Below, in pieces: positions 18,072-24,640 of a stretch of DNA of 26,298 nt. The DNA is from a virus (taxonomy: Duplodnaviria; Caudoviricetes), in the IMG/VR virus record IMGVR_UViG_3300042197_000111, positions 1 through 26,298 of that record. One strand, written 5' to 3'. Under the pieces are notes generated by a model that saw nothing but the letters and a program-made list of their open reading frames with translations, ran no database searches and was not told the DNA's origin. The position numbers and the translations under genes were made by a program. Each line of letters starts with the position of its first letter. Position 1 is the stretch's first letter.

Positions 18072-18110
18072 AAGTAGGGGCATGAGTTGTTACACTCATG
18101 CCCCATACTT
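18072..18110 (-). promoter_or_regulatory. Strong hairpin between rusA and primase-helicase (attenuator, terminator or processing site)
   Basis: AAGTA-T-GGGGCATGAGT-GTAACA-ACTCATGCCCC-TACTT: an 11-bp perfect stem plus 5 bp, ending 4 nt before the SD. Confidence 0.7.
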
Positions 18111-18114
18111 AGCC

Positions 18115-18507
18115 TCAACAGTTTACTTGTAATATAAAGTAACCCTCAGAATTTTTTTCTGCCCATTGCTTGGTAACATACAGGGAGATAATTTGTGTAT
18201 CATCTTCCCATAGTTTACCATTCATGGTGTCTAAAATAGCTTTGGCAAAGTTATCAATATCTGGGCGTGGGTATTCCTTATCTGTCTTCTTAGGTCTTTT
18301 AATATACAACTCTATAGAAACAGCTAAGGTATTGCTAAGAGGCTTAAACCCATTACCAATGGTGTTCCACACCTTTTCAGCAGCTTCTTCACGGAACTTC
18401 TTATAAGCTCCTACATAAAAAGCACCCCACCTACTAACCCTGGGTCTAGACGCAGCTACAGGGTTGATATTGAATTGCCAAGACAGTGTTTTAGAAGGGG
18501 AGGTCAC
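18115..18507 (-). CDS. rusA: RusA-family Holliday junction resolvase
   Basis: P...RPR, RPDIDNFAKAILD and WEDDTQI carry the RusA catalytic Asp/Lys pattern. Confidence 0.9.
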   Translation of the reverse strand: MTSPSKTLSWQFNINPVAASRPRVSRWGAFYVGAYKKFREEAAEKVWNTIGNGFKPLSNTLAVSIELYIKRPKKTDKEYPRPDIDNFAKAILDTMNGKLWEDDTQIISLYVTKQWAEKNSEGYFILQVNC

Positions 18508-19021
18508 TGTCTTCCTGATCTACAGGTTCTGATCTTGTGGTGGGGGCACCACTACGAACAAAACCATTCTCAACAGGAGTGAAGTTATTGTCTCTAGCAA
18601 CAGAGTTCTTTTCAATAACCTGAATACCATTCAGATAGATTGATAAAGAGTTGTCTCTAGTTAGAACCATCGGTGCCAACTTGAGGCGAACTTTGTCACC
18701 ACCAAACGGAACTGAGTCTGTAGCTTGCCCCAAAGAATCGACACAAGGGAACACGCCAGCATCCACATGAACCTTAGATTTTGCTTTAAATGTTGTAACT
18801 CCATCTGATTCCTTCAAGCCATTCAGCTTCTTTGCACCGCTGTCCTTGAGTACTTGATCTAGAACTTTCTTGAATTCAGGATCAACCACAACAGTAATGT
18901 TATGGTTAGCACTGCCTTCCCCAAAGGCAACATCTGGCTTCAGTAGATTGCTCCACTTTGTTTCCAATGTTGCTGTAATAAACTGAGGAATTCTCTTAGC
19001 CTTCTTGTTGATTGTTGCCAT
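18491..19021 (-). CDS. Single-stranded DNA-binding protein (T7 gp2.5-like)
   Basis: W..L.KPD..F, FKAK, GGD.V and SIYLNGIQVIE, with an acidic tail ending in Phe (DQEDSDLPF). Position before resolvase and primase fits. Start moved to MATINK at 19021. Confidence 0.85.
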   Translation of the reverse strand: MATINKKAKRIPQFITATLETKWSNLLKPDVAFGEGSANHNITVVVDPEFKKVLDQVLKDSGAKKLNGLKESDGVTTFKAKSKVHVDAGVFPCVDSLGQATDSVPFGGDKVRLKLAPMVLTRDNSLSIYLNGIQVIEKNSVARDNNFTPVENGFVRSGAPTTRSEPVDQEDSDLPF

Positions 19022-19211
19022 TAGTAGCACTTTCTTCTGTGTTGTTAGTTTGCGAGATGCGCTTGATAGATGCAACTTGTGCATTAATATCAACCACAAT
19101 TGAACTTAATACGGCTGCCATGTTTAAAAGATACTGGCATACACTTTCGCTACGAATAGCGGGGACTTGATTAGTCGTGGTTTCTACAGGTTGTGTTTCT
19201 GTTACTGTCAT
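18996..19211 (-). CDS. Hypothetical protein
   Basis: 71 aa with strong SD AAGGAGG and an amphipathic helix. Confidence 0.7.
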   Translation of the reverse strand: MTVTETQPVETTTNQVPAIRSESVCQYLLNMAAVLSSIVVDINAQVASIKRISQTNNTEESATNGNNQQEG

Positions 19212-19301
19212 TTAATATCCTCCTTTCTTTGTCATCATAGTCTTGCGAGTTGGTTTCTTTGACTTAACCGATGTTTTCTTAACTGGCTTCTTTGACTTCA
19301 T
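19212..19301 (-). CDS. Lys-rich mini-protein (29 aa), not in the ORF track
   Basis: My translation is MKSKKPVKKTSVKSKKPTRKTMMTKKGGY*. SD AAGGA upstream, and the stop abuts the next ATG. Confidence 0.6.
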   Translation of the reverse strand: MKSKKPVKKTSVKSKKPTRKTMMTKKGGY

Positions 19302-19317
19302 TAGTCATCCTTATAGT

Positions 19318-19372
19318 TGCTTTTGTTTGCTGTAGTCTATACAATTAGGCTAACGATCAGCAAACAAGAACA
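19318..19372 (-). promoter_or_regulatory. Long interrupted stem-loop just downstream of the phage promoter (candidate RNase III site)
   Basis: TGTTC-TTGTTTGCTG-ATCGT-TAGCCTA-ATTGTA-TAGACTA-CAGCAAACAA-AAGCA: a 10-bp perfect lower stem, a bulge and an upper stem. Confidence 0.6.
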
Positions 19373-19394
19373 TCTTCTTTAGCCCCAACTTTAA
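19372..19394 (-). promoter_or_regulatory. Putative phage RNAP promoter (predicted +1 G at 19377)
   Basis: TTAAAGTTGGGGCTAAA|GAAGAT shares AGTTGGGGCTAWAGAA with the 12162-12184 copy. Intergenic, at the head of the SSB-resolvase-primase-polymerase cluster. Confidence 0.8.
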
Positions 19395-19735
19395 TGCAGC
19401 ACTTCCATGCTGATAATCATACGTTTGGGTATCTTATTTATCTGTGCTGTTTCGCCTGGTCCTATAGTATTAGTAACCGCTACCTGATCGTTGTCAGAAT
19501 ACAATACAAAACCAACTGTTATCATGTGTGGTAGTGGTTCTTTAGCAGAAGCTTTAGCAACATCTTTATCAAGCCACTCAGCACCACCTACTGTATAGGC
19601 ATCTACCCACAGTATCTTAACCATCTTTGGTATTTTGTAGGATAATACTACATCCTTAAGAAAGGTTTCCTTTTTAACTATTTCCTTGCGAAGTGGTTCT
19701 TTCTTTATTGGTGTTTGTATCTTGTTCTTTTTCAT
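19391..19735 (-). CDS. Hypothetical protein (W.DA...W...TVG...IP..MI phage family)
   Basis: 114 aa with SD GGAG. The C-terminal beta-rich domain shows a pattern I recall from many phage hypotheticals. Confidence 0.75.
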   Translation of the reverse strand: MKKNKIQTPIKKEPLRKEIVKKETFLKDVVLSYKIPKMVKILWVDAYTVGGAEWLDKDVAKASAKEPLPHMITVGFVLYSDNDQVAVTNTIGPGETAQINKIPKRMIISMEVLH

Positions 19736-19850
19736 TTAGTTTACTCTCCAGTTTTCTAACAACAGAAACCGCATCTATCAAAAGAACAAAGGGTGTAGCA
19801 CCGTTGTTGTAATAAGCTAAATCCTTTAGTTCATCAATGTATATACTCAT
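19674..19850 (-). CDS. Hypothetical protein (58 aa), not in the ORF track
   Basis: My translation is MSIYIDELKDLAYYNNGATPFVLLIDAVSVVRKLESKLNEKEQDTNTNKERTTSQGNS*. ATGA overlap with the phosphoesterase stop, SD GAGGT, and it fills the 19736-19846 gap. Confidence 0.55.
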   Translation of the reverse strand: MSIYIDELKDLAYYNNGATPFVLLIDAVSVVRKLESKLNEKEQDTNTNKERTTSQGNS

Positions 19851-20509
19851 AGATCCATTACCTCAAGATAGGGGAACTTACCATCAATAACAATACCACA
19901 AGAAACTACTGGTTTCTTAAGGTGGTTTTTACCATAAGAAAAACCAACGTGATTGTGGTCAACACCTGAACCTACATCCATACCAAAGTATCTTGTGTTG
20001 GGACCAACCAACCAATTGATACCAGCAATGCTGTGGTGGTGACCCATTACACAAGACATTGCTCTTGATTTTACTTGATTAAAACTAGGATATAAACCAG
20101 AACTACCAGTGCCATGAGTGTAATACACCCCGTCAATAATAAAGTTGTAATCCCAAGTCCAAGTTTTTGTTTTGTAAACATCTCTGTATTCCTTGATATA
20201 AAAAGAAGGTATTCCTAGATCCGCACATAATCGCACGACTCTTTCATCGTGGTTACCAATACAGACAGACATCCTAGGAAATTGTTTATACCACTTTTCA
20301 ATATCCTTGATTGCTTTGTTGTACTCCAAAAGCGCACTGTCAGATTCTGGATGCTTCTTGTGGAACGATACTGTGTGGTGATCAACTAAGTCACCGATGT
20401 GTATAATCCTATTACACCTATACTTTTTATACATACTCTTGACAAAGTCAAAGTATTTAGAATGACACGCAGGAAAGTGTGTGTCACCGACGACCATAAC
20501 ATTACTCAT
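19847..20509 (-). CDS. Calcineurin-like metallophosphoesterase
   Basis: All five motifs present: GDTH, GDLVD, GNHD, THG and GHHH. Confidence 0.92.
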   Translation of the reverse strand: MSNVMVVGDTHFPACHSKYFDFVKSMYKKYRCNRIIHIGDLVDHHTVSFHKKHPESDSALLEYNKAIKDIEKWYKQFPRMSVCIGNHDERVVRLCADLGIPSFYIKEYRDVYKTKTWTWDYNFIIDGVYYTHGTGSSGLYPSFNQVKSRAMSCVMGHHHSIAGINWLVGPNTRYFGMDVGSGVDHNHVGFSYGKNHLKKPVVSCGIVIDGKFPYLEVMDL

Positions 20510-20513
20510 TTAT

Positions 20514-20744
20514 TCATTCCTCTTCTAGAAATATATGGACATGGTAATCTCTAGGATTGCCCATATCACGGTTTAAAAACATGCTGTTTAAATTAGTTAT
20601 CACAATGTTACTTAACCCAGCTGTTGGAACAACTATACTCATAGTTTTCTTTTTGGTTTTAGTTTTACTAAGTTCAAAGAACTTTTCCATTACGTTTTCC
20701 ATATCACCTTCTGATCTAATTGAATATGATTTCTTTGATGTCAT
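20514..20744 (-). CDS. Hypothetical protein
   Basis: 76 aa, ATGA-coupled to the RNAP stop, SD GGAG. Confidence 0.7.
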   Translation of the reverse strand: MTSKKSYSIRSEGDMENVMEKFFELSKTKTKKKTMSIVVPTAGLSNIVITNLNSMFLNRDMGNPRDYHVHIFLEEE

Positions 20745-23209
20745 TGAAATAAGTACTCCGAGTTAAGCGTTTCTGTTATATCATACTGACCCTGAGATGG
20801 TAGTTCGGGTAGTGGTACATTAAGAATCTTCTCTAGTTGAATCTTAAGGTTTTCAAGAAGGGGTTGTTTGTGCATGAGACAGAACTCTTCCTTTGTATAC
20901 TCTCGCATCATAGGAACATAGGGAGCATGACAGCCATAACTATCATGCACCATACTAAGAGAGTCTATGCCTGATAACAACATCCTCCTGATTGTACACC
21001 ACATATGACTAGCATCTAATGAGTGAATATAATTGGGGGATATAGCAAGGTTAACTTGCTTGGGATCTATTGTATCTTTATCGGGATAACCGAAGTAAAG
21101 CTCCTTCATGTTGAACAACTTGGTTACTGATCTTCTTGTTACAAGCTCACAGTATTGGTGGACTACATTAAAACCACAGGGTGTTGTCCACTCTAGGTTC
21201 TTGTTTAGTTCACTGGCAATATCAGCCACAGCTTTTAACCACACCTTACCTTTGTTGGGTTCTATCAAAGTTTCCTTAAGGGCTTTGTCTATAAAGGTAG
21301 CTAGTTCCATAACAGCACCAGCCATCTTATCTTTACTGACCCAATCAAGATGACCCTCAGATCTACAGTATCTCCTGATACCAAACAGAGTAACACCATA
21401 GGGATCAGTCATAACAGCCCGCTTAACCACATTACGGTGAATGGTATTACCCCAGTGATCTAAGAATTGTTTAGCCCATAGACCAGATTTAGTATCATTC
21501 TCTTTGTCTTTATCCATGATATCTGTAATTAAGTTTGCCACATACTGGTACAAATCTTGTGGCTTATCTGTCTTGACTAGGTTAACCATCTCAGCCAACC
21601 TCCCAGTCTTCATTAATGCTGCCCAATGTTGAACACCATTACAACTTCCATCCATTTGGATTGGTAGTTGTGTTAGACCGTCTGTTCTACACAGCTCAAA
21701 GATAGCAGACAATCGTTGAAAGGATGGATTCTTTTTCTTCTTATCAGACATCCATAAACCAAGAGTACCATACGGATCTTTGTTTATTTCTTTAATCATA
21801 TCCATGTTATCGTCAACCCATTTGACACGATCACCAAAACTTTCTTTGTCTCTGTCGAACAGATTAGCAAGGTGTACCTTGAGCCAATACACCCCACTAG
21901 GTGTTTGTTTCTCAGTGTTTGCGAAGTGTATTAATCCACGATCAAAGTCAGAACTTTGTGGACTAAGGAGATCACAAGCTGAGTTAGCCCTACCCCTAAA
22001 GTCACAGGTGTACAGTTGGTAAAAGAATCTGTGTTTGGTCATATCCTTGGCAAGCTTTAGCCTTACTAACATACGACCCCTAGCTCTTTCTTCTTTGTAC
22101 CAGTTGCTATAGGCTTCTTGCTTATGGGCGCACCACTTAGCTTGCTCTTCTTTAGCCCCATCTTTTGGGTATGGTTCTGGATAGTCGAAAGCAGAGAACT
22201 CATAGGCGGGTAGATTACAGGCTCTGGTATTGTTTCTAAACAGGTTATTCATTACCTCGTAAACCCGTTCGTTTATACTCCACTCAGTGTGCATCATACC
22301 ATTCAAACCTTCGACCACCATTTCACTAGGGGTAGACCCTCGTTGAACTACGGTTTCATCCCACATCACATCCTTAAACCTTTGAACCACAGGTTTCCGC
22401 ACATACGGTAAAAGATTACCACCCGAAGATGTTGTTGTGTGTGGTACTGGAGGAACCAACATAGGTCTATACAGCAAAGCAGCATAAGAAATAACATCGG
22501 TATGTCTTTTATGCAACTCTTGTAGAATCTCATTTGTAAACGACACCACAACTCTGTCACACCACCGCTTACCAGTGTTTCTTCGTATGTTAAATATGTT
22601 TATCACATTGGATTTTTCTACAATCCTGAGCATGTGATGACCAAAGTCTTCTCGATTCTTTCGGGTAAACGAAGACTTGTTAAGACCACCCATCTTAGCA
22701 ACAAAAGCTTTACATCTTTTGGGTGACCAATTTCTTTGGTAGTGGGATTGTTTTAACCAATCCTCTTTAAAGAAACTCTTGGTCTGTTGGTAACCAATGA
22801 TATCAATAACCATTTCACTGATTGCGTGGGCTATGTGTTGTGCTGTAGGTAAACTTATGTTGTGTTCATTAGGTTTTCTATCCCACAGACTAGCATTGAA
22901 CCACTCAATTATAAGACAGCGTACAGTTATATCAGCCATCTTACCAGCACCAACTCCAAATAAAGGCAACGCCCAGCTTGGTGTCTTTGGATTCTTAGCT
23001 GAGTAATCTATCCACGCTTGAAACAGTGGTGTTAGATTTATAACACAAGTATCTAACAAAGATTGCTCTGGTTTACCCTCGTCGGGAGACACATCATACT
23101 CTTGCCAATACTTTTTTTCTGAAAGAATAATCATATCCTCTTCAGCAATAGCCTGAAGATTCATTCTTTTTTCTTGCTCTTCTTTAGATAACTTTAACCA
23201 TTGTTTCAT
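20741..23209 (-). CDS. Single-subunit DNA-directed RNA polymerase (T7 gp1-like)
   Basis: PMLVPP, DFRGR, motif A DGSCNGVQH, motif B RNVVKRAVMTDPYG, PNYIHSLDASH, motif C VHDSY and C-terminal YLFQ. Start moved to MKQWLK at 23209 (SD AAAGGA, ATGA overlap with thyX), giving 822 aa. Confidence 0.97.
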   Translation of the reverse strand: MKQWLKLSKEEQEKRMNLQAIAEEDMIILSEKKYWQEYDVSPDEGKPEQSLLDTCVINLTPLFQAWIDYSAKNPKTPSWALPLFGVGAGKMADITVRCLIIEWFNASLWDRKPNEHNISLPTAQHIAHAISEMVIDIIGYQQTKSFFKEDWLKQSHYQRNWSPKRCKAFVAKMGGLNKSSFTRKNREDFGHHMLRIVEKSNVINIFNIRRNTGKRWCDRVVVSFTNEILQELHKRHTDVISYAALLYRPMLVPPVPHTTTSSGGNLLPYVRKPVVQRFKDVMWDETVVQRGSTPSEMVVEGLNGMMHTEWSINERVYEVMNNLFRNNTRACNLPAYEFSAFDYPEPYPKDGAKEEQAKWCAHKQEAYSNWYKEERARGRMLVRLKLAKDMTKHRFFYQLYTCDFRGRANSACDLLSPQSSDFDRGLIHFANTEKQTPSGVYWLKVHLANLFDRDKESFGDRVKWVDDNMDMIKEINKDPYGTLGLWMSDKKKKNPSFQRLSAIFELCRTDGLTQLPIQMDGSCNGVQHWAALMKTGRLAEMVNLVKTDKPQDLYQYVANLITDIMDKDKENDTKSGLWAKQFLDHWGNTIHRNVVKRAVMTDPYGVTLFGIRRYCRSEGHLDWVSKDKMAGAVMELATFIDKALKETLIEPNKGKVWLKAVADIASELNKNLEWTTPCGFNVVHQYCELVTRRSVTKLFNMKELYFGYPDKDTIDPKQVNLAISPNYIHSLDASHMWCTIRRMLLSGIDSLSMVHDSYGCHAPYVPMMREYTKEEFCLMHKQPLLENLKIQLEKILNVPLPELPSQGQYDITETLNSEYLFQ

Positions 23210-23856
23210 ACAGTCCTTTCTAAAGTTTTTACTAATGCCCTCCAAGACCATGGAAATAATTGTTCACAAGCTTGTCCAATCTTTAATGCAATGTCTTGTG
23301 TTTCCTTTTGAGAACTTGAGTGGCTTCTTAAAGAGAATACGCGGAAGAAGGCATACAAAGAACCAGTCCATATCCATTCTGTGTATGCAGCAAGAGGTAA
23401 CACAGCCCTCGCTTGCTCAGGACAAACACCGGCTTCTAGAAGATCTGTGTATTGCTTTACGCACGATCTAATGTTTTGTTCCATAGATTCTAAAAGATTT
23501 TCGTTGTTATCTACACACTCATCTAAACTACCCTGCTTTATATTAGGCGCAGTCTTTCTTAGAACTTTGGGTATCCACACATCAGGCACATCATCCACAT
23601 AACGGCGAGATACTTCATTCCAAGCAAGACCAACCTGATGTTTAGCAAGTTGTCTTGCAACAAAGATGGGTGCTTCTACTTTAAACTTTAAACAAGTGTG
23701 AGCAAAGGGTGACCAGTGATTGTGTTTAGCAAGATACTCAATCAACCTTTTATTATCTTGTTCCGTAAAAAGTTTAGAATCTTTATTGAATGAAACACGG
23801 GCAGCATTTACAACAGAATTATCTGTACCCATGTGATCAAGTAAAAAAACATACAT
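23206..23856 (-). CDS. thyX: FAD-dependent thymidylate synthase
   Basis: VNAARVSF, HWSPF.H, PIFVARQL.KH...NEVSRRY, EQARAVLP and LR....SQ.E. Confidence 0.93.
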   Translation of the reverse strand: MYVFLLDHMGTDNSVVNAARVSFNKDSKLFTEQDNKRLIEYLAKHNHWSPFAHTCLKFKVEAPIFVARQLAKHQVGLAWNEVSRRYVDDVPDVWIPKVLRKTAPNIKQGSLDECVDNNENLLESMEQNIRSCVKQYTDLLEAGVCPEQARAVLPLAAYTEWIWTGSLYAFFRVFSLRSHSSSQKETQDIALKIGQACEQLFPWSWRALVKTLERTV

Positions 23857-23871
23857 TTAAAACCTTTCGTA

Positions 23872-24084
23872 TTAACAGTTCTTCTTTACCATAGTAAAGA
23901 TAATTCTACCTGAAAACAAAACAGCAACCAACGCTGAACACCAATATGGTCCAAGAGTTTGCAGTATAAAAAAGGCTAGAAACATTAGTGGAATACTAAT
24001 GAAAAACATTAAGCTTACTAACAATGATAAAATAAATAAGGCAAAACTTATTTCAGCTAATCTATTTTTTGTTTCTGGTTTCAT
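23872..24084 (-). CDS. Small membrane protein (probably 2 TM segments)
   Basis: 70 aa, almost entirely hydrophobic between basic termini. Confidence 0.65.
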   Translation of the reverse strand: MKPETKNRLAEISFALFILSLLVSLMFFISIPLMFLAFFILQTLGPYWCSALVAVLFSGRIIFTMVKKNC

Positions 24085-24086
24085 TT

Positions 24087-24335
24087 TCAGTATCGTTTAC
24101 GGATTGCTTTACAAGTAAAGTTTCGTTTGATGTATTGGGTAATCTTCTGTGCCTGTTCAGCTGAACAGGTAAAACTTATATCGAAAGCACCGTCTAGAAG
24201 AGACATACCAGATCCCGAAAAGTATTTTGAAAACTTATTTCCTAGGGTTGAGCTTACTTCGCTGTAATTTCCTTTCTTAAATAAGAAGAAGTAATCATAT
24301 TGTCTTGGTTTTGTTTTCGTTGTTTTTGTTTTCAT
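24087..24335 (-). CDS. Hypothetical protein (basic)
   Basis: 82 aa, ATGA overlap with the upstream gene, SD AGGA. Confidence 0.7.
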   Translation of the reverse strand: MKTKTTKTKPRQYDYFFLFKKGNYSEVSSTLGNKFSKYFSGSGMSLLDGAFDISFTCSAEQAQKITQYIKRNFTCKAIRKRY

Positions 24336-24610
24336 TGGGTTTGCTTATCCTGCATGGTTTGTAAAAGAACACGGACAAGCTTTTGGTAATCGAGTAGTCT
24401 TACCAACTCATCCATATCTATATTATCTGCTATATCGGATGCACTGATATCCATACGATCAGCAACATCATCGGGAGTGATGTATAGGTTATCAAGTAAT
24501 TCATCCTTATCAACACGCTCTGCGAGATCGTCTAAATTAATACAACTTGCAACCGATGTAACAAGTTTATCAAAATCTTCGGAACCAATATTAACCTCAA
24601 ACTTATTCAT
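24332..24610 (-). CDS. Acidic hypothetical protein with internal helical repeats
   Basis: 92 aa, 22 D/E, repeats resembling (I/V)D.D(D/E)(L/V/I)A, SD AGGAG. Confidence 0.75.
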   Translation of the reverse strand: MNKFEVNIGSEDFDKLVTSVASCINLDDLAERVDKDELLDNLYITPDDVADRMDISASDIADNIDMDELVRLLDYQKLVRVLLQTMQDKQTQ

Positions 24611-24640
24611 AGTAACTCCTGTTTAGTTAGTGTTTTTGCT

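Noticed and set aside
13067-20509. DNA base-modification pathway (dZ, 7-deazaguanine, hmU) suggested by the kinase, NDT-like and phosphoesterase genes
   Set aside because: No PurZ, Que/Dpd, hydroxymethylase or glycosyltransferase gene was recognised in the window, and ThyX plus dUTPase point to ordinary thymine DNA.
3803-22560. Nested alternative-frame minus ORFs (3803-4021, 5999-6289, 13228-13437, 15509-15694, 15728-16003, 17917-18099, 22366-22560)
   Set aside because: They overlap conserved genes out of frame and have no motif support.
23872-24084. Holin call for the small membrane protein
   Set aside because: It lies in the early region with no adjacent endolysin, and hydrophobicity alone is not enough.
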